Positions 27,901-41,381 of a stretch of 64,000 nucleotides of DNA are shown in pieces (within the stretch, counting starts at the first letter, position 1; every line of letters starts with the position of its first letter). Made by a program: the position numbers and the translations under genes. Location: contig NC_068998.1 of NCBI RefSeq assembly GCF_001194135.2, forward strand, positions 54,990,276 through 55,054,275. The letters are read 5' to 3'. The notes beneath the pieces are model-generated. The model saw only the letters and a list, made by a program, of their open reading frames with translations. It ran no database searches and had not been told where the DNA came from. This stretch comes from Octopus bimaculoides. Lineage: Eukaryota.

Positions 27901-30900
27901 AGGACAAGTCATAGTATACAGAATATCTTAAGTTTCAAATATTTTATGGATTTGAATTAATATATATAAAATTACATTTAAAATACATTAGGAAAATATT
28001 CAGACATAAAATGGTTCTGTATTTATTTATTTTTTCCTTTCATATAAATCATTTGTAAGGAATATTTGGTTTTTGTATTTGGTTTGTAAGATTCTGGATG
28101 TGAAATCGAGTGTTGAAACAACTTTTGTTTGGGAAGATCATTATTATAAACACAACCACTGATTTTATCTCCATTCTGCTCCTGTTGCTTCAATTAGTTG
28201 ATCATTTGACCAATTAACTAATTGATTGTTCAATCAGTTAGTTTTGTCAATGTCTTTTTGTCACCATTCACCTCATCAATGATAATCCCCTCCCCCGCCG
28301 TCTCTACTCCAGTTCAGTCTGTCTTACAATTATCATTTGCTTCAAGTATGTGTTTATCTTATTCAGTTATTTCACCTTAAATGTATGGCCCACCTCTTTT
28401 GGGAATGTCTTCTGATCCATCATATTTGAGATTTTCTTTTTTTTTTTCCGTTTAACGTATCATATATGTTCACAAATAATCCAGTATTTTGATATATTCC
28501 AAGGTTGTTGTGTTTTGTCTCCCATGTAATTCTTGTACATAAAACAGACAATGTTTCCGGGAAAAGCAAACCTCTGCAAATGCTCATGGGAGTTTTATTC
28601 TTTCATTCTAGATTAAAGAAAAATTTGAAAGCTTTGCTCTTGGTCCATCCTACTTTATGGTTAAAGACTATTGTTATGATGACTCGACCATTTATAAGGT
28701 TTGTATTAATAATGAAATGTCCATAAATTCCCATTTCTTTAAATGGTGGATAAATGAGTTTTGCCCTCTTAAATAGCTTGTTTATTTCTCTCTCATATCT
28801 TCACCATCTTGATAATCTGTTTGATTTTATAAAATAGAAAACATCAACATAATGCAACAAATTTGATCCATCTTCATCAATGTTTAATGTTCACTTTTCC
28901 ATGCTTGCACGAGTTAGATGGAATTTTTTGAGGCATATTTTTTACAGCCAGTTGCCCATCTTGTTGCCAACCCTCACTTGTTTCTAAGCAAGGCAATATT
29001 TCCCAATGGAAAATTGGAAATGAAGGACACTGCTCCTATGACTGTGACCATCATTCAGGTTTTAATTTCATAGTTGTCTCCCTTGTTTTTGTTTACCAGA
29101 ATTAACCTTTTAGCATTTACACTGACCAAATATTCTACCTGTTTTATGTTCAAAGTGGCCAAATCTGGCCTCTCACACCTACCCTACAATATTATTCTAA
29201 ACATTAACAACTCCCTCATCAAAATAATATCAATAAATGAGCATTACTTTTGACAGAATAATGTTTTAAGCTAATGGGGTGGGGTGGAAGTTCCCTCCTC
29301 ACTACAAATATAATTTACATGAATTACAATATTTTCACTGATTATGTTAAATATTTTTTCAGAATTGATTCAGCTGAACATGTTATAAATAGCTGAACTT
29401 CCTGAATCAGTTGTTAGTTGCCGAGACATTGCATCCTTTAAAACCTCCAAGCTTCCTGAAATTCGCCAACACTACACCTGACATCCCCCCCCTCCTCTAT
29501 AGCATGACTCATACACTGCTCACTTTCCTGACTTTTGTTCATAATTCGATGTACTCTACATGCACCTTTGATGGGTTGTAGTGCACCCGAGCACTGTACA
29601 CAAGAATTTCATTATTATTTATATACGTTCAGAGTTGTCTCCCATACTTGTGTGTATTTTTTTTCTTTTAGCTTCTCTTTCTGTTCATTTCTAGATTAGA
29701 TTCTTATTGCTCCGAGCATCAAATATACTGACATTTACTGACCTATTGCTTTCATGTTGATGGCATCTCTGAATTACTTATATCTAATATATTGTGTCTG
29801 TAGGTAGACATTCAATATTTAATCAAGCTAAAACTAACATTGTTAAATGATGGACTGATTTGGGGGTCTTTGGTTCCCACTGACAGAATGTCTGGGAAGC
29901 TGATCTGAAGCATTCCTTTCTTAACAAAATATTTCTCTTTCCAATAAGAGAAGTGGGGGAACAATACCCAGACCAAATCTGAGCAACCACACATTTAAAA
30001 TATGAATTCAAATTCTTCTAAAGTAAACTTTTCCTTTTTTCAGTTTTGTTTTTATAAATGAACATTTAAGATTTACCAACAATCTCTTCAGATTTTATTT
30101 TTGTATCCTTTTCTGTGTTTCTGAATTTCTGTCTTTTATTTCCAGTTCAAAATTCTACTCAAAACTCCATTATGTGAAAACTCTGGAAGAATTATCTAAA
30201 ATGGTTCCAATGGAACATATTTATGTGCCTGATCAAGTGAAATTGTAAGCATTTGCTTTTATTTTGCTCTTCATTCTTTTATCAGTAGAATTCTTCTTTC
30301 AAAATTATTTTAATGTTCCTATTTTGGGTCATTTATTACATTTTGTAATAAAATGGCTGCGAGTCTGGTGTTTCTTATGATTTTACACAATAAATAATAA
30401 ATATGCCTGGATTGTGGTTTTACCTTTTTTACTTTTGAGGGAATAAGTACCAGTAATATACTAAGTACCAGTAATATACTGGTCAGACACAATTCTGTTC
30501 ACTAAATAAACTTTACTGAAAGGAAATCTTTTGTCTCCATTAAAGACATTGAAACAATAAAAGTTTATCTAAAAACTGTTGTATCCTGTGATTTGTTTAC
30601 CTTCCGGATCTTTTAAGAGTAAAGCAACAGAAACAGGTTCAATCCCTCCATACAGTGGATGATTATCTTTAATGATTAATCTTACAAAGCAGTTACACAA
30701 ATATTTTATGCCAAATATTTCATAATAGTAATAAACCAAGTTGATAGAAAGTCACTCCTTATGAACTGCAATTCCTGATTGGACCAAATATTTTCTGTTT
30801 CACTGAAAATATCAACAAAGGAATGAATGTGTCTTTCCAATATTGGAATTTCACTTGTTACCATTTAAAATTATGGCATTATAAAATCTTACACATTGTG

Positions 30901-33900
30901 AATTGATCTCCAGATATTATTTTGAAGAAAGACATTCAATTTTAAAATTATGGAATCAAAACGGATGAAATGCTTTTTAACTATAACTACCGGTTAAGAC
31001 ACATAAAACCAATAATTTAAAGCCAGTAATTCCATTGTTAGTCAAATGGATTATATTTTCAACAAGTGCAGGGGTGGAATAATTTTCTTAGATTTTGTTT
31101 GCGTTTATGATGGTCTTTATTTAGAAAAGACATTCATGGCATGCAGCATAATGGCTTATTAAAGTGTGTCTTTGCATGGGAACACAAATATACTTTCAAG
31201 TTTACTAAAGTTGACATGTTGAAGTTAAACTAATTAAATAACTGGAATGTGAAGCTTCCTATAATGTTTTCCAGAATGACATTAATGACATCCAATTCTT
31301 TTCACCCAAAACCATTTCTTTTATGTTTCCTTTATCGTATGTCAACTTTTGTTTTAGCTTTCATTAGGAACAGTGAAAGGATATTACAATCAAAGTTGCT
31401 CATTTAAAAGAATAAAGGAACATCTTCAGTCTTAACCAGTTTACTCGGATTTCTATCATTTTTCTGAAACAACCATGATGTCTGTCAAGCTATTGAGAGG
31501 CTCTGTAAACATCTGTTGCAACTTCACATTAAGGACCGTAAAAGTGTCACTCCATTATTTCTGATGATGATGATTCCACATGATCCGATCAATGGAACAG
31601 CCTGCTCATGAAATTGACATGCAAGTGACCAAGCCGTCCACAGACGTGTGTACCCTTAACATTAGTTCACTGGGAAACACAGAATGTGGCAAGGCTGTCC
31701 CTTTGAAGTACAACTCTTTTTTGCCAGCTGAGTGGACTAGAGCAACATGAAGTAAAGAGTCTTGCTCAAGGACACAATGCATTGCCAGAAATTGAACACA
31801 TGACCTGCAATCTTGAGTCAAATACCCGAACCACTGAGCCACACACCTTCACATAAGAGCTCTGTATTATTTAGAAATCATCACAGGGAAAGATGTTGAT
31901 CAGCTTTCTTAGGCAAGGGTTTCAACCAACAACAACAAAATAACTCACAGTTCTCTGGAGAGCTTTTTTTTGTTCTTTTATTAAGAAATGCTATTCTGGC
32001 TGCACAAAACTGGTCCCAGTTTTCCCATCAAACTCATTGTTGGGGATTTCTTTCTAATGTTACAAAGACTATCTCACAATTATACTGTTGAATAAAACAA
32101 GTCAGTGAGGGAGCAGAGTCACTTAGCCTTCTAGAAATAGCAGCTAAATCTCACCCAAACTATACCATTTAAATAAAGTAGTCCTTGGTGGGTCTTTTTG
32201 ATTGAAGTTGACTTGGATGAAACCTAATAAAATTTTCCATTTTATCAAGTAAATGTAAATAATATCTTTTTTTTTTTTTTTAATTTCATCGATTTCATCT
32301 CCCATTCATTTGAAGGTATGATGAACACTACTCCAGTTACCACTCCAATTCTACACCTTCTACCCCCTCCTCACCCACCACATTCTTAGCACCAAGATGA
32401 TTAACAGGTAACATACATGTCCACCGTCTGTCCAGTCTGTTGTTTGTATTAGTCTGCTTAACCTTAGCTAACGACCTGTCTAGTTGCTTGCTTCGTTAAT
32501 CTCTTCATTTCACTAATATCTAATAAATGTTTTTCTAACAAAGTCATTTTACCATTTTTATTTACTGCTTTGTGTATTTGTCTCCGTTTCTTTTTGTCGC
32601 TGCTTTTCTAAAGCTGTATCACCAATTTCTCCCAGGTTTACATCATTACAAGATAAATTTAGCTGCAAATATTTTTTTATAGAATTTGTGTTATGAAATG
32701 TGATGTGTTGTAGCACTTTGGCAACGAGAGTAAAGTTTTCTTTGTGTGGGGGGGAGGGGGTGTTCATGGAGAATGCTTTGTTGATTTAAGGACTTCCAGA
32801 AATCTCAGACAGGTTAATGAGATGTACAAATATGAGAGAGACGGAGAATTCTTTGGGCTAGCATTCCTTAAATTGTAAGATTTCCTCAAAGTGTTTGATG
32901 CAGAATTTCAAGAGGAAAATAATACAAATGTGGTCTGCAGCAGAGGAATTGGTGCCACAAGGCCATGTAGTTCTCTGCTGAAAGTCTAAACAACACTATT
33001 ACAAAAAAAAGTTGCAAAATGTTTTGTTGACTGACTTTAATTTTTGCCTTGGGATACGGTGCCTTAATCTACGAGAAGAACTAAGCATTACTTTCTTGAA
33101 GTCATTCCTGGAAAGTGCAGAAGTATTGCATAAAAGATATGGGACTGTTTTCCTCTTCAAGTAAGTTGTTCTTATAATCTTTCAGTGTGGGAGAACAAAC
33201 AATAGATGACTTTTTGATGTAATAAGTCTTGCCAGAGATGATGGCTTGCTAGGTTTGCAGGAATAAGGATACGCCCATGCCTCTACAACTGGATGGCCAT
33301 AACCATTATCCCTGTTAACAAAAAACAAGTCTACTTTTGTGTGACATAAGGAATATGAATTAATGGTTTAGAGATGGGCTTTCTTCCATCACTGACAAAA
33401 GTGTTGCTGATTCAAAGAATATTTTTAAGGATGGATGATCCCTTCTTTGCTACCAAAATATATAGCTTTCTTTTAGCTAATTATCTTTTTCAACCATCTT
33501 TAGCAAACACACTGGTTGCACGGAGGTAGCTAGCTAGAGAAATACTTCCTGTTCAATCCCATAGTTTGCTGAAGAGATTTGCAGAAATAATTGCTTGAAA
33601 TGTAACCATCATCATGGTTTTTCTTTTCTTTTTAATGATTTGAATAATAATTTTGTAAAACAAAAAAAAAATCATCGAAAGAATTTATTGCAATGTTTGT
33701 TGACTTTATTTTTTAAAAAAAATATTAACAAGTTCAATAATGCTATTTTATTCAAAAATTTGTTTACTTTTCTTTTTCTAGTTAAACTATTAATTTTCTT
33801 AACATCAATTCTTGCATGTTTTCTTTATCAAACCATTTCTCAGTTTATTTTCTCATATTCTGAACTATATTAAATCTTTATTAGTTTATAAACTTTCAGT

Positions 33901-34177
33901 TTTCTGCTTAAAGTAATAAATTTTAATGAAGTTTATAGAAATAGCAGTCCCTTGTCTCTCTTTTATAGTTTTGTTTTTGTTATGTATTTGCTTATATTAT
34001 TAATATTATTATTATTATTATTATTTCTATAGTCACTAAGATTTCTGCTTATCATTTTGACTTTGCTGCAGATTGGACAGATTGATGAAACTCAACCCTA
34101 AAACTGTTTGTCAAGAACGCTCACAGAAGAACAGTTTCTTTCCTGATATTCCAGCAAATTCCAGCTCAAATAACTAG
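15109..34177 (+). CDS. BNIP2: BNIP2/caytaxin(ATCAY)/PRUNE2-family BCH (CRAL-TRIO-like) domain protein, multi-exon gene; 5' end unresolved
   Basis: Exons 15109-15216, 22597-22792, 23943-24146, 25020-25178, 26850-26952, 27511-27642, 28612-28698, 30146-30244, then 32316-32400 or 34072-34177. All have GT-AG boundaries and compatible phases. The translation contains family motifs: [104 protein letters not shown]. The exact paralogue name is not determinable. Confidence 0.93.
22597..22792 (+). CDS. BNIP2: BNIP2-family exon, N-terminal low-complexity region (possible start ATG at 22600)
   Basis: ttaaacag|GAT ATG..CCT G|gtaaga; open frame; phase 1 joins exon 23943. Confidence 0.75.
22940..23275 (+). 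mobile_element. tRNA-derived SINE (family E)
   Basis: ggccaagtgattagtgtgttgggctc..ttgattcc tRNA-like head with a GC-richer body. Confidence 0.55.
23943..24146 (+). CDS. BNIP2: BNIP2-family exon (acidic region ending VDWE)
   Basis: tttacag| ... GAA A|gtatgt; [25 protein letters not shown] motif. Confidence 0.92.
24551..24593 (-). ncRNA. Minimal type I hammerhead ribozyme motif (left arm of fold-back element)
   Basis: Reverse complement reads UCCAGA-CUGAUGA-UGAG caaaga CUCA-GAAAC-AU-GUC-UCUGGA, with a perfect 4-bp stem II and 6-bp stem I. Confidence 0.75.
24699..24741 (+). ncRNA. Minimal type I hammerhead ribozyme motif (right arm of fold-back element)
   Basis: UCCAGA-CUGAUGA-CGAG caaaga CUCA-GAAAC-AU-GUC-UCUGGA: 6-bp stem I, intact core, GUC site at 24733-24735, C.A mismatch at the base of stem II. 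Confidence 0.7.
25020..25178 (+). CDS. BNIP2: BNIP2-family exon (start of BCH domain)
   Basis: ctcttcaag| ... GGA G|gtaagg; [25 protein letters not shown]. Confidence 0.95.
26850..26952 (+). CDS. BNIP2: BNIP2-family exon
   Basis: ctattctag| ... TTC TT|gtgagt; [33 protein letters not shown]. Confidence 0.95.
27511..27642 (+). CDS. BNIP2: BNIP2-family exon
   Basis: atgacag| ... CAT AG|gtaatc; [43 protein letters not shown]. Confidence 0.95.
28612..28698 (+). CDS. BNIP2: BNIP2-family exon
   Basis: ttcattctag| ... ATA AG|gtttgt; [28 protein letters not shown]. Confidence 0.95.
30146..30244 (+). CDS. BNIP2: BNIP2-family exon
   Basis: atttccag| ... AAA TT|gtaagc; [32 protein letters not shown]. 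Confidence 0.95.
31560..31850 (-). mobile_element. tRNA-derived SINE (family C)
   Basis: Minus strand gtggctcagtggttcgggtatttgactc.. A/B-box head with a (cat)n tail. Confidence 0.7.
32316..32400 (+). CDS. BNIP2: BNIP2-family alternative C-terminal (stop-containing cassette) exon
   Basis: atttgaag| phase 2, (L)[27 protein letters not shown]; donor CAG|gtaaca 7 nt after the stop. Confidence 0.65.
34072..34177 (+). CDS. BNIP2: BNIP2-family terminal exon (coding part)
   Basis: tttgctgcag| phase 2, (L)[34 protein letters not shown]; followed by a long AT-rich putative 3' UTR. Confidence 0.7.
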
Positions 34178-34738
34178 TTCTGCTGATAACAGCCCACAAC
34201 AAACATTACGAATAGTCTCCACCAGTATTGCAGCATTGTATCCTTGCTGCCATTTTTAATCCCACCAAAGCTGCTGCTGCTGCTAAACCAAAATGGACAA
34301 CCGAATTTCTCGTGCAGCTTCACTGCTGCATCAACAGCACCCAGCTGGCCTCAATGAAGTATCACAGCCTCCGTAGCAACAATGTTATTATCAACAACAA
34401 CTTTAGCTGGTTCCCACCTTTTCAACAGCTTCTCTTTGTATGTCGAAAGAAAAACCAAAAAAAGTCAGCTAGCTTTTCTAGTCATTTCCACTGATAAGAA
34501 GATATTTTCACCTACCTTCTTCTTCACACCACAATAATAATAATAATAATAACTATTTCTGCTGTTTCTTTGAACACTTGTTACTTTCCTACAACAGTTT
34601 GGTTCAAGGACCACTTCCCTTTGGACACAACTGAGCTTTCTATTGCAAAAGTCAACTGATTCTTAGTTTCTGACATTTTCTCTTTCTAGTAATTAAAATG
34701 TCAGGACAAAATATCACAAAAACTGTCATGCAAATGGG

Positions 34739-34770
<32 letters not shown>

Positions 34771-37339
34771 GTTATTATTATGATTGATTTTTAACTTTAA
34801 CTGAGTTTCTTCCCATCACTCCTGAACCATTTCAGCAGATCTCCTGGATATTAATTGTTCTTCTGAATTCCAATAAATTCTGTAGCAGGAACTTAAAAGA
34901 TTCACAAAGTCATTTGAATGGCAGAAATTCCTCTAAGCTAAGTGACTCAGAGACTTGTTTTCTTTTTTTTAACATTAGGAAAATGTTTGATCATAAATTT
35001 CTGTTTTTAAGTATTCAGCTTTGATGAATATAAGTGATTTGGTCAAATTAATTTCTAAACAATAACTGAAGAAAAAACAATGAGTTTTTTGGGGTTTTTT
35101 TTTTTCCATTCAACAGCTTTCTTCAGCTTGATTTCAGATTGCCAAATAGAAGGCAGATTTATATATATAAATGTCTGTTAAAGCTTTTCACAGACTTTAC
35201 TGCTACCAAAGAAATTATGCAGCATTTCAACAAACAATTTGCATAACAAACATCATGAGATTTGCTTCTTTCTTTTTTTTTGTAAAAGAAATTCTTATAA
35301 AGTTGACTAATTTCTAGGATGGGATATTTTGATGCCACAAACTTGAATAACCCTTATTTACAAATGTAAAACTATTTATGTGAATTACGTTAAATAAAAA
35401 AGGGGACCAAAATAATTAATTTCGACCTGGTACTTTATAATTTACATTTATTTAAGGAAATTAAATATTTCTTAATCAGTTTCTTTTTAGATAACTAATT
35501 TTTTTTCTTAGTTTCATCTGTCTGATAAATATTTTCAATAACAATTTTATCTTAAAACAATCCATGTACTTTTGTTAGAATCCTATTTTAAATCAAAGTA
35601 TTTTATTGTAGCAGTTTTATTTCTTGTTATTTCAGTCTGATGAAATGCTCTTTAAAAGCATGGATTACAAATAGTTTTTTGTTTGTAAATTTATTTAAAT
35701 TGTTATATTTACTTGTTTGTTATTGGAAAAAATCCTTCTGGAACTCAGAGCCATCCCGTATCATGGCTGTATTTTTTCTATTGTTATTTTAGTTATCATT
35801 TGCCAAAATAACTAAAAAAAAAAAAAGACCATTTTACCGAATATTTTATCATCCCTTGAATTTGCTCTCTGTTACAACTCAGTGATTTTTTTTTCAGCCA
35901 TTCTCCAATCCTCAAAAGAGTCCAAGGTGAAAGGGTGTAAATAAGTATTATAGAGGAAGGCAACACAGTTGTCAGCTGTTTACGGAACCAAAATAAGAAA
36001 CAATGAAACTATTTGGTTGCTACTTCATTCCTTTATCATTCACACAAAATTTATTTTAAAACCGTCTTATTTTGGGTTTAACATTTTATTTCGTCATGGA
36101 ATCACAGATATTTTATAAATTCATGACTTTTCTGTCTCACCAAATTAGACAGAATCCTTACTGTGCCGGACAAAATGCAGTATTTCTTCCAGTTTTACAT
36201 TCTGAGTTCAAATGCTGCCAAGCTTGACTTTCCTTTCAACTTTTTGAGGTCAATGAAATAAGTACCAGTTGTGTACAGGGGTCAATGTAATTGACTTACC
36301 CCCCACCCCTAAAATTTCTGGCCTTGTGCCAAAATTCGAAACCCTTATTATTTAGTTAACACTGTCCACTTCACGGCTAACAGATTGTTCAATGTTATCC
36401 ATGCTCTTTAACATAATCAACCCACACAATTTACTCACCACCACACAACATCAAATTCTATTTTAATTCTGCAGCTTCTTGTTCCATTTCATTAATATTT
36501 GCAGGAAAAGCAAGAAGAGTGTTTTTTAGTTTAGTGAAACGTCAATCTGTATATAACCCATCATTATCTTCCATATAAACTGGCATTTCTTGGGAAATGG
36601 TGAGCTGATAGCTATTGGGTCCTAAGAGAGACTGAAATGTTCGAAAGATGACAGAGCTTTCCCTTCCAAACTGAAAATTGCTTTGAGTTTTGTTTTAATT
36701 TATTTTTCTGACTTCTATAACTAATGAGAAAATATAGTTGTACGGATGTGGCTTGGTGTCTGTATGAGAGAGAGAAAGAATGCAAAAGAAAAAGTGAATA
36801 TATTTTATTTCCTCACTTTTGAGGAGACATGTCCCCCGCTTCTGTGGGCATTCACCTTTGCCATGTTCCAACATGAACTTATATTTTGATGCATAATTTT
36901 ACAGCCTTCCCTTTGATCAGCCCTCCTATAGAACACTGAAGATGGTCAGCTCATCAGTTGTCAAAACATATGATTTGACAACTTTCTTATTTCTATCATT
37001 AAAATATAAGTTGGGTTTTTTTTTATATATATACAATTTTCTTTTTTTTTTTTTTTTTTTTTTTTTTTTGTTTGACATTGGTGATTTCAGAACTGAAATC
37101 CAAAGAAAATAGAATATTCTAGAAAAGAAAAACAGAAAAGGGTGTGAGGAAGATAATTTTTTTTTATTGGTTAAACAATGTTTCACTTTGAAATTGTCTT
37201 GGCTCCACTTTTATATTTGATTAGCAATCTTTGACGGAAAATTATTGATTCTACCTTTGATGGTATCTGCCCGGTTATAAGCAAGGAGTATCTTTATTGT
37301 GAATTTGCATGTTGATCAGTGTACAGACATTGCTGGGGG

Positions 37340-38226
37340 NNNNNNNNNNNNNNNNNNNNNNNNNNNNNNNNNNNNNNNNNNNNNNNNNNNNNNNNNNNNN
37401 NNNNNNNNNNNNNNNNNNNNNNNNNNNNNNNNNNNNNNNNNNNNNNNNNNNNNNNNNNNNNNNNNNNNNNNNNNNNNNNNNNNNNNNNNNNNNNNNNNNN
37501 NNNNNNNNNNNNNNNNNNNNNNNNNNNNNNNNNNNNNNNNNNNNNNNNNNNNNNNNNNNNNNNNNNNNNNNNNNNNNNNNNNNNNNNNNNNNNNNNNNNN
37601 NNNNNNNNNNNNNNNNNNNNNNNNNNNNNNNNNNNNNNNNNNNNNNNNNNNNNNNNNNNNNNNNNNNNNNNNNNNNNNNNNNNNNNNNNNNNNNNNNNNN
37701 NNNNNNNNNNNNNNNNNNNNNNNNNNNNNNNNNNNNNNNNNNNNNNNNNNNNNNNNNNNNNNNNNNNNNNNNNNNNNNNNNNNNNNNNNNNNNNNNNNNN
37801 NNNNNNNNNNNNNNNNNNNNNNNNNNNNNNNNNNNNNNNNNNNNNNNNNNNNNNNNNNNNNNNNNNNNNNNNNNNNNNNNNNNNNNNNNNNNNNNNNNNN
37901 NNNNNNNNNNNNNNNNNNNNNNNNNNNNNNNNNNNNNNNNNNNNNNNNNNNNNNNNNNNNNNNNNNNNNNNNNNNNNNNNNNNNNNNNNNNNNNNNNNNN
38001 NNNNNNNNNNNNNNNNNNNNNNNNNNNNNNNNNNNNNNNNNNNNNNNNNNNNNNNNNNNNNNNNNNNNNNNNNNNNNNNNNNNNNNNNNNNNNNNNNNNN
38101 NNNNNNNNNNNNNNNNNNNNNNNNNNNNNNNNNNNNNNNNNNNNNNNNNNNNNNNNNNNNNNNNNNNNNNNNNNNNNNNNNNNNNNNNNNNNNNNNNNNN
38201 NNNNNNNNNNNNNNNNNNNNNNNNNN
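37340..38226. other. Assembly gap (others: 9775-9783, 19190-19223, 47911-48143, 54505-54719)
   Basis: N runs. Confidence 0.99.
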
Positions 38227-41167
38227 CCCTTCCGTCTGTGCTGAATATATAAAAAAAAAGTGTTTAATTTGTAGTTTGAACTTTGGTTGGTTATTTTCAA
38301 CAACATTACTGTCTAATTTTTATATATATAAGAATATTTCATTGATAAATCTTGTGCAATTGCAATATTTAGTCCAAGTGCTCACCAAATAACAAGACAA
38401 TCTGTGATACTTGTGTTAGAAACGTTTTGTGTGTCAATATAAAGCAGGTTTTGCTGCACAATAATAGCCTTCTCCAATTTCCTTGCTTCATGAATAATTA
38501 TAATGCATTCCCCGATCCATGGATACTGAAAGAAAAGAAAACCATTTAAAGTTCTATGAAACATTTCTCAAGATTTAGTTTGGTAATTTTCAGTTTGAAA
38601 GTAAAAGTGAAATATTTCCATTATATTAATTATTTTTTCAAGTTAAAATCTGTTTTCTTTTAAATTGAAAAGTTTCATTTCTATGTATTCTAGTTTAGTT
38701 TTGAGTCCCTACAGTAACTGAGTTATGGCGAAACTTTTCCAATGCCAGTGAATGTATTTCTTCAGTATTTCACTTAATTCCTTAAACGAGACTCTGTCGC
38801 TACCCGGATATAACCCAAGTTTGTTAAATTTCAATACAAACACATTTGTGCACGCACATGAAAAAGAAATTTTAAAAATACCAAAAACGTTAATGGTTCA
38901 TAAATTTTTTAAAAAGTTCTGTGTAACAGAAAACAAAATTTAAATTGCTCATCTTAACAACGGTGTTACTATATAATCAGCTTTTCCTTAGAATTTTAGT
39001 TTAAAATTTTTGACTACACTCTTGTCAGAAGTTGATAGCTTTAATTAGAGCTCTGTAACGATGTTACCAACGACAAAGCTTCTTCATGTAAGGCATTAAA
39101 AATACATCAAATTTAAGGAATTTCTGCAATTTCTTCCAAAGGAGGATTTCTTTTTAGAGAGTATATTTGAGCTTTCATTGCACTGTTTTATAGCCCAATA
39201 TTTTTAGACTAACTTGAAAATTTTGCCTTCAAATTAAACTGAAACATAGGTCCCGTTGTGAAAGAAAATCTTTCAACTGATCTATTTGAATATCTGTTTG
39301 GTGGAGAGAATGAAATCCTTATATTAAAAGCTTTTGATAAATTAGATAAAGCTTTCAGGTCGATCTGGTAATATAAAACATAATAGATTTTAGATGCTCA
39401 ACTGAGCAAGGAAACATGATCTCCAACTGGCAGCTGTTGAAAGAAATAGCCTGTTGAATGTGTACAGAAAGAGAGAGAGACATGTTAATAGATCTAACAC
39501 TTGATTAGAAATCTTATCTTCTGTAAAGATTTGCTGCTGAACTTCCATGGCTCACATCTCAAGTGTGTCTGTTTAGTTGAGGATACATTCAATCTCAACT
39601 TGGTTCTGAATAACAATTTAACAGATTTAAAACAAAAAAAAAAAGAGAAATAAGGAATTTCTAATGAAAACCTAGTCAAAGTTCTATTATTCTCCCTCTG
39701 CTTAATTCATTAAGAAAATAAATTTTTTCCATATAATTAGTAGACAAATGTTGCTGTTGCTAGTGAAAACCACAAATTGTGAAAAAAAATAAGCTGCCTT
39801 GTCTTGTGAAGTTGTTTAACAATGCTTTTTACCTCTCGATTTTTCTCTTCACACAACAACTTGAGTGCAAACGCCACAAATACTTATGTAAAGCATGTTA
39901 GAGACTTATTGTTAGCTTTTATTATTATTTTTATTATTATTTTTCAATGAAGGACTGAACACATGTAAAAATGACATTGTTATTTATGTTTCTAGATGGT
40001 TTGGTATGAAATCTCAGTCTTTGAGACTGTCTTGGAAATGTTAATAAATATTTAAAAAAACAATTTCAACATGTCGACTCAGTTCAACATTATTCCTTAT
40101 TTATTTTATTTTTTTCTAACTTAGAAGGGAACAAATATATTTCAATTACATCAATTCTTTTTTAATAGAAAATCTGAATTATTCTCCCCCCACCTCTACA
40201 CCTCAATATTTAATTATTTACAAACAAATCAATCACTTTACATTGTTTTAATTGCTTCAGAATTTCATTTTTGCATCCAAAACATTGATGAAAGACAAAG
40301 TTAGATCACCAACTTGTATATTTAAAGACCTCATTAATGGCATCTCCTGACCATTTTCTCTCTTACCACTTTCTCCAGCATGTTCTTATCACTGGATCAG
40401 GTAAAAAAAAAAAAATGTCTCTCCTCAAAGAGTGCAATGTCACCAATAAATGTTTTTGTGAACTGTGTTCTAATATGTTACCAATTATATTTTAAAATAA
40501 CGAACTCTTTGGCAAGACACTGTTTACAACTCTTTAGGAACAAAGCTGGGTCGTCAAGTAATTAATACAAATATTTAAATAAAGAAACAACTAATAAAAT
40601 AACTGCAACAACTACAAAAAAAAGTTTATGAAACAGAAATCATTTAAACTGATGTGAAACATTAAGCTTGGAAAACTGCCAGCTTAATGGTTCACAGGAC
40701 AACCGATTCCTGTCAGCATTTATATTCTGTACTCTTAATAAAGACAATTTTCACTGGTTCACTATTCTAAACAGATATAGGTTCCATAAGGAGTTACTTT
40801 TTATTGCTGTGAGGAGTTGAGATACAACTGAGTCTGTCTTTGGATTATTAGATGATATAAAAGTATTGCGAGGTACAGGTGAGTGCCATAAAATGAATGG
40901 TTGGTCTCTCACCAAAGCAAAATACTGGCCTCTTTTCAATTTCTTGATGCAATCATTTAAGTTCACTTTATTTAATTACCTCTGGGAATGCAAAACATTT
41001 ATCAGATAAAAGTAAAGGTTCAATGTTGAACAAAATCATAATTAGCTCATCTACCTGTATTTTCTTTTACTCAATGTGTAATACCTCTACATGATAGCTA
41101 GAACTGGAAACAAAAATATCCCTCAGATCACCCCCTACTGTGTTATCTATGTATATATGTGTGTGTA

Positions 41168-41381
41168 TAACAGAGTGCTGAAAAGTTCCTGGCTTTAAGT
41201 GTATTGCAAGAGGCCTGGTTGGAGACCCAACCTTCTGCAGTCTTTCACAGGCCTTAGAAAAACTGAAGGACCACTGCAATAAGTATGTGAATCTGAGAAT
41301 ATGATGATTAAACTCATAATTAACTGACACTCCTATATTCTCTTTTACCCAATGCCAGGAACTTTACAGCATACCCTCATA
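41168..41381. mobile_element. Mariner-derived MITE (copy 1)
   Basis: TIRs gtgctgaaaagttcctggc / gccaggaactttacagcat, TA flanks; the interior retains a transposase C-terminus (GLEKLKDHCNKYVNL). Confidence 0.75.

Noticed and set aside
30444-30479. 18-bp tandem duplication
   Set aside because: Ordinary slippage in a SINE remnant; no further structure.
37275-38392. Long 311-357 aa ORFs
   Set aside because: They consist almost entirely of Ns.
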